Positions 9,905 through 19,693 of a DNA stretch of 47,010 nucleotides are shown here, piece after piece; the first letter of the stretch is position 1, and every line of letters starts with the position of its first letter. The stretch comes from Actinomycetes bacterium (GTDB taxonomy: Bacteria > Actinomycetota > Actinomycetes > Actinomycetales > Cellulomonadaceae), in assembly GCA_023462275.1 (NCBI GenBank), contig JAEWYD010000179.1, forward strand, positions 1 to 47,010. Direction: 5' to 3'. The translations under genes and the position numbers were made by a program. The notes under the pieces are model-generated. The model had not been told where the DNA came from, did not search any database, and saw only the letters and a list, made by a program, of their open reading frames with translations.

Positions 9905-10246
9905 AAAGGGTCTGACCTGCGGTGACGGGCGGCCTGGGGGGAGCCTCTCTACAGGCGAAGGGGAGCTCGTTCTACAGCCGCAGATCAGGGGCCCTGTGCA
10001 TGTACGACCGCATAAGTCGGCCCGCCGTCGCTTGCCGGACCTGGTCTCGATCCTGTGGGCCGTTGGGCGACCAACGAGCACCTCCGGCGACCCCCGGCCC
10101 GGCAGTGATAGCAACCGAGGACCTGCTCACCCGGGACACGCTCGCCCGCGACGCGCAGGGCATGCGGTCCAGTTCGTCCAGGAGGCTCTCCCGGGCACCG
10201 TCAGGGAGCCGCGGATGCACTTCTCGAAGCGCTCCTCGCGCCTGGT

Positions 10247-13200
10247 CTACTCACCGTTTGCCGGGATGTGGCCCCAACCCGGAGCTGACGTTGAGGCGAT
10301 GCTGCCCGGTGTCCACGAGTGCACCAGGGAGCGAGTGAGGCGTCCGGGGTGGGTTCGTCCGCCACCGAACCCGCGGTAGGCGTCCTTGCCCGTGTTTTCG
10401 ACCCACACGAGGGACTTCTGTTCGGCGGTGAGCCATTCCTTGAGCCAGGTGGCGTCAATGAGGAGTTCGTTCTGGCCGGTGTTTGCTGTGTGGCGGACGG
10501 ATGCAATGAGCCTTCCGGTGTTGTCGGTCCAGCCGTCCCGGCCATTCCAATGCAGGTTGCCAGGGCCGGGGCCGAAGAACTCGGGCGCGGGTGCGTCGAG
10601 GGAGATGGTTTCCTGGTTTCCAGGGGCGAATTCGTACTCGCCGAGGATGTGCCAGGTAGCTGGCCGGGTGGGGACAGTGAGCGGCTCGTCCGACTCGTAG
10701 TTGACGAGGTGGATGGCTTCGCCGTGGTGGTGGCCATAAGGAAACTCGCCAACGTAGCCGTCGTGGGTCTCTGGAGATCTGCAAACGTCAGTGCCAAGCA
10801 GGTCTCGTCCTTCGAGTTGGGTCAGCGCGGCTGGTAGGTCGGCGGTCGCGACAAGATGGGAGTGGAGGTGGGTCCAGATGGCGCGGGTACGTTCAGTTTC
10901 GCTGGAGCCATTATTCCAGTCGTAGAAGCCGGACAACACGATGAACGGTCGTCCTTCGTGCTCGGCGTCGGTGACGGCGATGGTGGGGAGGTCCGTGTCG
11001 TCGGCGATCCACTGTGCGTCGGTCTGTCCGGTGGTTGGCGTCCAGTCGTAGGTAGGCACCCAGGACCTCGGGGTGTCGTTGGCGGGTTTGAACTCGATGA
11101 CGGTCGGGTCGATCTGCCGGGAGATGGTGGTAGCAGGCCCGGGGACCGGAGCGGGCGGCGGCTCCCAGGGGCTGGGGGCTTTCGGGGCGTGGTCGGACAC
11201 GTGCCCGATGAGCCGGTTGAGTGCGATCCACTGGTACTTCTTGCCGATGCGTTCGATCCACGTGGGTCTTCCGCGGCCGCCGCCGTACCTACCCACGACG
11301 TACCCGTCGAACGATGCGTGTCGTTCGATGCGGTATCCGAGGCGGATGACTTCGGCAACGACCCATCGTGCTGCGGCCGGGACGTCGATGCCGGGCCGGC
11401 CGCTCAGGTTGTGCTCGAGCTTGTAGCGGTAGAAGTCGTCGTCGGTTGTGGAGTACACGAGCCGGGGGTACTCACTGTTGTCGTACAGCTCGACATCTTC
11501 CTTGGTCGGCCAGTCGAGGGGCCAGCGGCTGCTGTACGGAGGCCGGAACTGCGCGGCCGTCACACCGCCCGGCAAGGTGCCACGATCGGCCGCTGCTTCG
11601 AGGATGCTGCGGGCAGCATCGCGGATGGCTGCGTTCGGGGTCAGGTTGGTCGGCACAGAGAAGAACCTGGTCCACACGACCGCGGCAGCTCCCGCCCAGT
11701 CTGCGTCGGTGCCGTTCGCCAAGAGAGCCGAGTAGGCGACCTCGAGGGCGCGTTCGAGAACCCACTCGTCGTTCACGTCGGTGAACCGCTCCAGGAGCCC
11801 GGGAACCTGGCCGGGGTAGCGGGCGAGGAGACGGGAAGCGCCGATGGTCGCCTGGTCGCGGACACGGCGGTCGGTGGCGCCGGTGGTCCAGAGGAGCGCG
11901 GTGACCCACAGGCGGGTCGTCTCCTCGCCGACTTGGTCGAGGGGCTTCTCGCGGGCCCATCGGATGAGGCGGTCCACCGCCCCTCTGGTGCCGTGGGTTC
12001 TGTGCAGCCACCCGGGAAGGAACTGGTCGCGGGAGCTCATGCTGAACCTGTTGAGGAACCCGTGGAGGAAGTCGGCGTTCAGCGGGTGGTCGGGGCGTGC
12101 GGCGAGGCGGAACAGCATTGTGAGGCTGGCGTCGAAGGTGGCTTCCCGCCTGAGCGCGTGCACCATGATCTCGCCGGTCTGGTCTGTGATGGAGGACGCG
12201 GCGCGCCAGCCCGTGCCCGCGGTGACGGCGGCGGCGAGGGTGTCGTCATCGCCGATCTGGGCGCGAAACTCGGTCAGTTCGAGCCCGAGGCGTTCGGCTA
12301 TCACTACGGAGGTCGCTTCGAGGATGCCGGCGTCGATGTTGCCACCGAGGCCGATGAGTTGCCCGAGGCGCCCAGCGAGCTGGTCGCGGACGTGCCCTGC
12401 ATTGGTAGCGTCCTTCAGGGCGTCGGCCACGATCAGGTGGTGTCCGATGCGCTCGAATGTTATGGCGATGATGTCGGCGCCGTACGGGCTGCCGTCGGGA
12501 ATGGCGTCCTCTTCGACAAGTCCTTGCGCGATGAGGGCGTCGAGGAGTGACTTCTCGGCGCTGACGTCGGACCAGATCGGGGACAGAGCGGCCTGGGCGT
12601 CGGGTCGGGTGAGTGGGCCTCCTCCCGAGTCGGCGATGGCGGCGGCGAGGGCGTGCATCGCCTGGTGGACGACGCGGTCTCGCGGAGAGGCGTCGATTCG
12701 GTCGCTGATGACCGTATTGGCGTTGTCGAGCACCGTCTTGGTGAGTTCGCCGAGACCCATGTCGGCCCGGTCGAGAGAGACGCGACCGCTGGCCTGTAGC
12801 GCTTCGCACACCAGGCGCAGGTACAGCGGGTTATCGAACTCGCCATGGATGGGGGGCGACGTCGGTGGCTCGAGGCCATAGAACGCGGCGTACTCGCTGA
12901 CTGCTTCGAACTCGACGCCCTCGAATCCTGTGTGTTCGAAGCGTGGGAGGGTGAGACCGGGCGGGAGGACCTGGGCGAGGTAGTGGGTGCGAGCGGTCAG
13001 AAGAAGACGGACGTACGGGTACCTGCTGACCGTGGTGATGAATCGGTCGAGGTTGTCGCGCCACAAGGACCGGGGACGGGTGTCGTTGAGTGCGTCGATG
13101 ACGAGCAGGGCGGGGGCGCCGGCGGCGCGGGCACTCTCGTTGAGGAGCGCGATGGCGTCCTCGCTGGTCAGGTCAGACGGCATCTGGAGGACGTCGCGGA

Positions 13201-14416
13201 GGTGGCCGAGCGGCTCGTGGTCGTTGAACCAGCGACCGTGCATCATGACGCTCGGGCGGCCCTTGGCCAAGCGGCGGGCGACGGCGTCAATGGCCAGGTA
13301 GGTCTTGCCGATCCCGGCGGGGCCAGTCATCACGGCGACCCGGGTGCCGGCGAGCTTGCCGACGGGACTGATGAGGAGTTCGGTCACTTCGGCGAGCTTC
13401 TGCCGGAGCTGGCGAAGCGCATCGACAGCTGCGGCCGGGAACCGGACCATGTACTCGCGCTGCCACTGCCGCCAGCCTTCGCTGTCCCAGCTGCCGTGCT
13501 TGGCGTCCATCGCTTCGACCTCGAGCGCCTCCTGCGCTCCGATGACGGCCGACGCCGCATCGAGAGTCTGGGCGAGGGAGTCGAACCCGGCGCTGGTACG
13601 CGAGATGTGCCACGCGTTGAGCGAGTCGATGACCGCGTCTGCCGCGGCGCGGGCGGCGTCCAGGTCGGCGGCCAGCACTTCGCCGTGGGCATAGCGGAGT
13701 CCATTGCCGACCTTGGACATCTCGTCGGCGTTGTCGCGGACGAACTGCCACCACTCCTCGTCGGAGCAGAGGGCAGCGATAGATCGTGCGGCGAGGACCT
13801 CGACGTTGAGTTCTGGCACGTAGCGGGGCCGGGCTGATTCGACTGCTTCCTGGAGGCGGTCGCCCCACCATCCCTGGGCAAGGATGTCGACGTCGAACCA
13901 GTAGCGCCGCTGGGAACCGGCGGTGTCGAGCCGGTTGAGTCGCGTGACTATGTGGGCTTCCCACTCGAAATCGAACTCGACGCTCATGCTGCGGTCGGTG
14001 GCCATCTTCCGCCAACCTTCGAGCCAGCCGCCGGGCTCGGTGATCCTCTCCAGTAGGGACTTCCCCTTGCGGCCGGTACGACCTGTCGGGTCAGTGGGTA
14101 TGGCGATGATGTACTTGGTCAGTCGGGGATGTTGATCAAGGGCGGTCGCGACGGAGCTGTCGAGCTGGGCCTTATCGACGAGGCTGTGGCTCGTCCAGTA
14201 CTTCGCCTGCCAGCCGTGCTCCGCGCCGTCCGCGAGGGTCCAATAGCACTCGACGCCGCCGTCGCCGCCGGCGCCGTGGAGGGATACGAACGTCGCGTCG
14301 GCTGCGGGCGGCTCCTGCGCGACTTGCTGGCAGATGAACTGCTCATACCCGTGGCGCTGCCCACCGGCGCCTGTTGACCGGATCCGCGTGAAGTCGATGT
14401 CGGGGAGGTTCACCAT
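10247..14416 (-). CDS. Avs/AVAST-like STAND NTPase with N-terminal PD-(D/E)xK-type nuclease domain (Avs2-like)
   Basis: 1389 aa. N-terminal GDGGVE...GWQAKY nuclease-like motif; Walker A GPAGIGKT, Walker B LLVIDALND, NPLYLRL; long C-terminal region including ERIGKKYQWIA. Confidence 0.7.
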   Translation of the reverse strand: MVNLPDIDFTRIRSTGAGGQRHGYEQFICQQVAQEPPAADATFVSLHGAGGDGGVECYWTLADGAEHGWQAKYWTSHSLVDKAQLDSSVATALDQHPRLTKYIIAIPTDPTGRTGRKGKSLLERITEPGGWLEGWRKMATDRSMSVEFDFEWEAHIVTRLNRLDTAGSQRRYWFDVDILAQGWWGDRLQEAVESARPRYVPELNVEVLAARSIAALCSDEEWWQFVRDNADEMSKVGNGLRYAHGEVLAADLDAARAAADAVIDSLNAWHISRTSAGFDSLAQTLDAASAVIGAQEALEVEAMDAKHGSWDSEGWRQWQREYMVRFPAAAVDALRQLRQKLAEVTELLISPVGKLAGTRVAVMTGPAGIGKTYLAIDAVARRLAKGRPSVMMHGRWFNDHEPLGHLRDVLQMPSDLTSEDAIALLNESARAAGAPALLVIDALNDTRPRSLWRDNLDRFITTVSRYPYVRLLLTARTHYLAQVLPPGLTLPRFEHTGFEGVEFEAVSEYAAFYGLEPPTSPPIHGEFDNPLYLRLVCEALQASGRVSLDRADMGLGELTKTVLDNANTVISDRIDASPRDRVVHQAMHALAAAIADSGGGPLTRPDAQAALSPIWSDVSAEKSLLDALIAQGLVEEDAIPDGSPYGADIIAITFERIGHHLIVADALKDATNAGHVRDQLAGRLGQLIGLGGNIDAGILEATSVVIAERLGLELTEFRAQIGDDDTLAAAVTAGTGWRAASSITDQTGEIMVHALRREATFDASLTMLFRLAARPDHPLNADFLHGFLNRFSMSSRDQFLPGWLHRTHGTRGAVDRLIRWAREKPLDQVGEETTRLWVTALLWTTGATDRRVRDQATIGASRLLARYPGQVPGLLERFTDVNDEWVLERALEVAYSALLANGTDADWAGAAAVVWTRFFSVPTNLTPNAAIRDAARSILEAAADRGTLPGGVTAAQFRPPYSSRWPLDWPTKEDVELYDNSEYPRLVYSTTDDDFYRYKLEHNLSGRPGIDVPAAARWVVAEVIRLGYRIERHASFDGYVVGRYGGGRGRPTWIERIGKKYQWIALNRLIGHVSDHAPKAPSPWEPPPAPVPGPATTISRQIDPTVIEFKPANDTPRSWVPTYDWTPTTGQTDAQWIADDTDLPTIAVTDAEHEGRPFIVLSGFYDWNNGSSETERTRAIWTHLHSHLVATADLPAALTQLEGRDLLGTDVCRSPETHDGYVGEFPYGHHHGEAIHLVNYESDEPLTVPTRPATWHILGEYEFAPGNQETISLDAPAPEFFGPGPGNLHWNGRDGWTDNTGRLIASVRHTANTGQNELLIDATWLKEWLTAEQKSLVWVENTGKDAYRGFGGGRTHPGRLTRSLVHSWTPGSIASTSAPGWGHIPANGE

Positions 14417-14553
14417 GGTCCTTCGGCAGGGCTGCTCTCCCTTCGAGTCCGAGGGAGAGCCGCTATCCGATCACCCGAGAACCTAGCCTTGGCGCGCGAG
14501 GTTGGCCAGGTCTTCGCACCCGAGGATCTGGCCGACGACAGTTGCCGCCCGGG

Positions 14554-15168
14554 TCATCCATGGCGCTGGTCGTCGAGGCCGTCACCGTCGCCCTGTGCCC
14601 GGAAGTCGTCCTCGACTCTGCTGACAGCGGAAGCGATTATGTCGACGCGGCCGCGGAGGTCCGATTCGATCGCCTGCTCGCCGCGCATCCAGGCTGAAAT
14701 CACATCGAAGCCGACCTGAGCCACGCTGAGAACGGCCTCACGGTACTCAAGGGGGTAGCCGCCCGTGCTCTTGAGCGTCCAGCTGTACCTGATCGCCTTG
14801 CGCAACGAACCGAGTGCGGTTCGGAAGTCCGCCGACGGAATGAGCGCGGCGTCGTACTTCAGTTTCTTCTCCTGTTCCTCCCACCACTCTGGGAATCCTT
14901 CGTCGAAGGGAATCCCGGATTCTTCTTCTGGCTGGTAGAAGTTGGGCGGTTCGGCGACGCGGACGATCGCCGCGAATGCCTCGCGGACGCGAGCGGCCGC
15001 CGGTTGCGAGATCTCCCACAGCGAGGCACGGCGATCCTCCGCGCGAGCCCTCTGCGCGGCAACCTCCGCGATCCGCGACCTTCGCCACTGGCCGAGCTCG
15101 GAGATGGCGCCGCCCACCAGGGTCCCCAGGAGCGCAGCTGCGGCCGGAATCCACGTACTCGACTCCAT
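14554..15168 (-). CDS. Hypothetical protein with N-terminal membrane anchor
   Basis: 204 aa from ATG 15168 (MESSTWIPAAAALLGTLVGGAIS), followed by a charged helix; co-oriented between hsdR and the STAND gene. Confidence 0.65.
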   Translation of the reverse strand: MESSTWIPAAAALLGTLVGGAISELGQWRRSRIAEVAAQRARAEDRRASLWEISQPAAARVREAFAAIVRVAEPPNFYQPEEESGIPFDEGFPEWWEEQEKKLKYDAALIPSADFRTALGSLRKAIRYSWTLKSTGGYPLEYREAVLSVAQVGFDVISAWMRGEQAIESDLRGRVDIIASAVSRVEDDFRAQGDGDGLDDQRHG

Positions 15169-15215
15169 CGTCCGACCCCTTCGTTTAGCCCGGGTGTCCG
15201 GGTCACTTGCTCGAA

Positions 15216-18173
15216 CTACGCGCTCTTGCCGTAGGTCTGCCGGAACACCGCATCGGCCAGCCATGCGCGGAAGCTGTCGTTGTCGCTGAACTGCTTGAAC
15301 AGCTGGGTCTCGTCTCGCATCATCGACAGCACGACCCGCCCGAGGGCCTTGTCGAGTTCGATGCGGGCGTTGACTGGATCGTTGTTCTTCTGGGCGTTCT
15401 GGTAGGCGACGTCCTCGGCGACCCTGGCGGGGATCTCCTCGGTGATGCGCTTGCGGACGCGGTCGGCGTCGTCCCACTCGATGTTGCCGAACTGGTCGTT
15501 GAAGGACGCCAGGATCAGCGACAGGCGTTCGAGGTCGGGGTCGGGCTTGACCCCGCCGCCGGCTGCGGGGACGGGGCCGAGCTCGGCGTCCTCGTCGGCC
15601 AGCGCGATGGCCATGGCGGTGCGCTTCTCCACCCGGTAGGAGTCCATGTCGATGGTCTCCAGGATCCCGGCGGACAGGTCGTCCTCCTTGGGGGCGGGGA
15701 GCTTGGGCACGAGGAAGTCGAGGAAGATCGACAGCTTCTCCCACTCGACGTTGGAGTACGGCAGGATCGCTGAGAGGAATCCATAGATCCGCAGGAAGGC
15801 CTTCGCTGAGCCCTTGAAGGCGACCTGATCGTCTTCGTCGAGGTGCTCGATGTACTCGGCGGCGCACGCGTCCAGCAGCGGGTCGAGCTGGTCGCGCTCC
15901 ACCCCTGCGAGGTACTTCTCCACGAAAGCGTCGACGTGGTCGGGAGTGAACACTCCGAACGCGCGCAGCTCGTTCGCTAGGTCGTGGAGCTTGTTGGGGT
16001 CGGTCTCCTCGGCGAGCACGGTGGTGCGGTAGTAGTCGGCGAACGCCCGTTCGATCGCGTCCGCGTCGTTGGCGAAGTCCAGGATCGTCACATCGCGCTT
16101 GTCGGGGTGGGCGCGGTTGAGTCGCGAGAGAGTCTGGACGGCCTTGACTCCGGAGAGGGTCTTGTCCACGTACATGGTGTGCAGCAGGGGCTCGTCGTAG
16201 CCGGTCTGGAACTTGTCCGCGCAGACCAGGATCCGGTAGGGGTCTTCGCGGATCCGGTCGGGGATGTCCTTGCTGGGGAAGTGGTTGTAGTCGGCCTCGG
16301 TGACCTTGATCCCGTCGCGTTCGGTGTCGGAGAACGCCACGATCGCCCGGTAGGGGCTCTTGCGCTCGATCAGGTAGGCGCTGATCGCCTCGTAGTAGTC
16401 GATCGCCCGGTCGATGCTCGAGGTCACGACCATCGCCCGTGCCTGGCCCTTGATCTTCCGCTTGGCCAGGACCTGGGCGTGGAAGTGGTCGACCATAATC
16501 TCGGCCTTGAGGCGAATCGCGTGACGGTTGGACTCGACGTAGTGGCGGAGCTTCTTCGAGGCGCGGCGCGCGTCGAACTCCGGGTCGTCCTCGACGGTCT
16601 TGACGAGCTTGTAGTAACTGTCGACCGGGACGTAGTTGGCCAGGACGTCGAGGATGAAGCCCTCGCCAATGGCCTGCTTCATCGTGTAGGCGTGGAACGG
16701 ACGGTGCCCGGTCTTCCCGTCCGGCTGGGGGAACGGCACCCCGAAGGTCTCCAGGGTCTTGTTCTTCGGGGTGGCGGTGAACGCGAAGTACGAGGCGTTG
16801 GCCGGCATCTTCTTGGCTTCCATGAGCCGGTTGAGCTGGTCCTCGACCTCCTCACCCTCCACGACGGGCAGCCCGGCGGCGGACAGAGACGTGGCCAACG
16901 CCGCGGTGGCCTTGCCGCCCTGGCTGGAGTGAGCCTCGTCGATGATGATCGCGAACCGGCGGTCCCGGTGAGCGGTACCGAGGTTGGCCACGATGTACGG
17001 GAACTTCTGGACCGTGGTGACGATGACCTTCTTGCCGGCCTCGATCGCGGTCTTCAGGTCAGCGGACCGGTCGGCGTGCACCACTGTGGAGCCGACCTGG
17101 GTGAACCCCTTGATGGTGGCCTCGATCTGCCGGTCGAGGATCTTGCGGTCGGTCACGACGATGACCGAGTCGAACGCCGTTCCTCCGTTGTGGCGGGCGG
17201 TGGTGAGCTGGTGGGCGAGCCACGCGATCGAGTTCGACTTGCCGCTGCCGGCCGAGTGCTCGATCAGGTAGCGCTGCCCTGCGCCGTTGACTTCCACGTC
17301 AGCGAGGAGGCGCCGGACGACGTCGAGTTGGTGGTACCGCGGGAAGATCTGGGTGCTGATCTTCTTGTCCGTCTGTGGGTTCCTGACGGTGACGATCTGG
17401 GCGTAGTTCTCGATGATGTTCGCCAGTGACTCCGGCGCGAGGATGCGCCGCCACAGGTAGTCGGTGGCCAGCCCATTCGGGTTGGGCGGGTTACCGGCGC
17501 CGTCGTTGAAGCCCTGGTCGAAAGGCAGAAACCATGACGCCTTGCCCGCCAGGCGCGTGCAGAACCGCACCCGGTGGTCGTCCACCGCGAGGTGCGCCAT
17601 GCAGCGGCCGAACGCGAAGAGCAGCTCGCGCGGGTCGCGGTCGCGCTTGTACTGCTCGACGGCCTCCTCAACGGTCTGCTTGGTGATGGAGTTCTTCAAC
17701 TCGAACGTCAGCAGCGGCAGGCCGTTGACGAACACCACGAGGTCGAGCGCCCGGCCAGTGTCGGTCGGGCTGTAGTGCAGTTGCCTCGTCACGGTGAACC
17801 GGTTGAGGGCGAATCGGTCTGCCGCACGCGTGTTCCCCGGCGTCGGCGTCGGGTAGTACAGATCAACCGAGTGCGGCCCGTGCTGCACGCCGTTGCGCAG
17901 CGCGGCAACCCCACCGCGCTTGGTGACCTCTCCCTGGAGGCGAGCCAGGAATGCACGCCTGGTGGCCGAGTCGCGGTCGAGTTCGAGCGCCTCGGCAGTG
18001 ATGGGCTGGGTGGCTCGAAGAAATGCCCTGAGCTGGGCGAGGTCGACGGCGTGCGCTCGGTCGTAGTCGCCTGCAGAGCCTTCCACCCAGCGCGTGGCGT
18101 CGGCCGCCGTGTCGCCAACCATCTGCGCGACGATCAGCGCCTCAAGGCTCTCCTCATTCAGGCTCGTGACCAT
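15216..18173 (-). CDS. hsdR: Type I restriction enzyme subunit R
   Basis: DLVVFVNGLP..FELK nuclease, HSAGSGKS, IIDEAH, FTATP, TGYDEP and QTLSRLNR motifs. Confidence 0.95.
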   Translation of the reverse strand: MVTSLNEESLEALIVAQMVGDTAADATRWVEGSAGDYDRAHAVDLAQLRAFLRATQPITAEALELDRDSATRRAFLARLQGEVTKRGGVAALRNGVQHGPHSVDLYYPTPTPGNTRAADRFALNRFTVTRQLHYSPTDTGRALDLVVFVNGLPLLTFELKNSITKQTVEEAVEQYKRDRDPRELLFAFGRCMAHLAVDDHRVRFCTRLAGKASWFLPFDQGFNDGAGNPPNPNGLATDYLWRRILAPESLANIIENYAQIVTVRNPQTDKKISTQIFPRYHQLDVVRRLLADVEVNGAGQRYLIEHSAGSGKSNSIAWLAHQLTTARHNGGTAFDSVIVVTDRKILDRQIEATIKGFTQVGSTVVHADRSADLKTAIEAGKKVIVTTVQKFPYIVANLGTAHRDRRFAIIIDEAHSSQGGKATAALATSLSAAGLPVVEGEEVEDQLNRLMEAKKMPANASYFAFTATPKNKTLETFGVPFPQPDGKTGHRPFHAYTMKQAIGEGFILDVLANYVPVDSYYKLVKTVEDDPEFDARRASKKLRHYVESNRHAIRLKAEIMVDHFHAQVLAKRKIKGQARAMVVTSSIDRAIDYYEAISAYLIERKSPYRAIVAFSDTERDGIKVTEADYNHFPSKDIPDRIREDPYRILVCADKFQTGYDEPLLHTMYVDKTLSGVKAVQTLSRLNRAHPDKRDVTILDFANDADAIERAFADYYRTTVLAEETDPNKLHDLANELRAFGVFTPDHVDAFVEKYLAGVERDQLDPLLDACAAEYIEHLDEDDQVAFKGSAKAFLRIYGFLSAILPYSNVEWEKLSIFLDFLVPKLPAPKEDDLSAGILETIDMDSYRVEKRTAMAIALADEDAELGPVPAAGGGVKPDPDLERLSLILASFNDQFGNIEWDDADRVRKRITEEIPARVAEDVAYQNAQKNNDPVNARIELDKALGRVVLSMMRDETQLFKQFSDNDSFRAWLADAVFRQTYGKSA

Positions 18174-18274
18174 CCCGCTGCTCCTTGTGCCAGGTGCTGC
18201 TCGGCGGCGAGCAACGCACCAACGTCCCTGCGATCATCGGCACGCGAGCGCACACACTCCAGCCCGCGCCCCGA

Positions 18275-19693
18275 TCAAGCCTCGATGTCCTGCATCATGT
18301 CGTCGAACTCATCGGCAAGATCGTCGTCTGTGCCGCTGACATCGACGACCTCCTTCCTGTCCAGTTCAGGGAGTGTCGCAGCGAGGTGCCGAACGTCCAC
18401 CTGGCCGGTCACGACGTCGGACGTCAAGCGGACACGGAACTCGCGGAGGAGTTCGACCTCTCTCCCGGCGGCGACGGCCGACGCGTCGATCGACCTCGTA
18501 GCCGCGGCCACATCCGCGACGATGGCGACCTGCTCCTCGATCGGTGGGAGGGCGATCCACATTCGCTTCAGATGCGTCGGACCGAAGTGCTCGATTCCTA
18601 CACCGGACTTCGCCTGGTCGATCTGAGATGCGAAGGGCGCTGCGGTCATGGCAAGTCGAACGAACTCCATGTCCACGTCGGGCGTTCGCTGCCAGAGTCG
18701 GATCAGGCCGGTGTATGGCACCGCGCCGACCGCACTCTCACCGACGGGCTTCACTGCTCCAGTGCTCCCGCTCGCGCTCAACAGGTAGTCGCCCGCCCGG
18801 ACCCGGAACTTGCTCCAGCGCGCCTCGACGGCCCCGGGGTCCAAGTAGTTGCAGCCCCGCAGATCCACCTCGTGCCCGGCCATGCATGAGATGCGGAGCA
18901 GTGGAATTCCCACGTCCCGGAAGTCCGCGGCCATGATCCCGGGACCCTCCTGGAAGCCGACCACCTGCTTGAAGCGCGCGGCCCGCCAGTGCGCGGGGAT
19001 CGTGCCAAGCCAGGGGACACCACTGTCCTTCAGTGGGAGCCTCGAGTCGATGCTGCGGGTGACGGCTTGGTTGATGATGGCCTGCTTCTGCTCCTCGAGC
19101 AGGGTGATGAGCTTGCGCTTTGCGGCGATGGCGCGGTCGATGCGTCGGTGGGCGTGGGCGAGGTACTTGACGATTGCCGCCTGTTCGGCCGTTGGCGGCA
19201 CGGGAAGCGCGATCATCTTGAAGTGTTCCGGGCGCAAGCTCCACTGGTCCGAAGTGATGCCGTACGACCAGCGCTCCGCTTCTTTGGCGAAGCCCGGCGT
19301 TCGAAGGAGGTGGTGAAGGTAGAGGCCGCAGTCGCGTCTGGGGCGGACGACGACGTAGGCAGGGCTCACGATCCCGCGGTGTTGCGACAGGCCAAATGCG
19401 CCCTGCCAGGCCCGCATCTTGTTATACGCGATGTCGCCTGGCTCCACGAGCTTGTACTTCGATCGGTCCAGATTGGAGCTGTCCCTCTTGCCTGAGCTCG
19501 CAAGAAGTTCCGATTGCAGCAGCACGCCGCGGCTGATCGTCACGGAAAGAAGAGGCTCATCAACGTGGCCGGGCGAGCCCACCTCTTCGAATACCGAGCG
19601 GGCGGCGGCTACCACCCAATGCGCGGGAATGGTCCCGAGCCACGGCGCCCCGCTGTCGATCCGATCGCCGTATGGCTTGAGATCTTTGAACAT
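18275..19693 (-). CDS. hsdS: Type I restriction enzyme specificity subunit
   Basis: Two repeats of DSGxPWLGTIPAHW and PPxxEQxAIV delimit two target-recognition domains. Confidence 0.92.
   Translation of the reverse strand: MFKDLKPYGDRIDSGAPWLGTIPAHWVVAAARSVFEEVGSPGHVDEPLLSVTISRGVLLQSELLASSGKRDSSNLDRSKYKLVEPGDIAYNKMRAWQGAFGLSQHRGIVSPAYVVVRPRRDCGLYLHHLLRTPGFAKEAERWSYGITSDQWSLRPEHFKMIALPVPPTAEQAAIVKYLAHAHRRIDRAIAAKRKLITLLEEQKQAIINQAVTRSIDSRLPLKDSGVPWLGTIPAHWRAARFKQVVGFQEGPGIMAADFRDVGIPLLRISCMAGHEVDLRGCNYLDPGAVEARWSKFRVRAGDYLLSASGSTGAVKPVGESAVGAVPYTGLIRLWQRTPDVDMEFVRLAMTAAPFASQIDQAKSGVGIEHFGPTHLKRMWIALPPIEEQVAIVADVAAATRSIDASAVAAGREVELLREFRVRLTSDVVTGQVDVRHLAATLPELDRKEVVDVSGTDDDLADEFDDMMQDIEA

Noticed and set aside
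18275..19693. Phase-variable hsdS shufflon driven by the nearby recombinase-like gene
   Set aside because: Single hsdS, no silent TRD cassettes or flanking inverted repeats seen, and the recombinase-like protein lacks catalytic residues.
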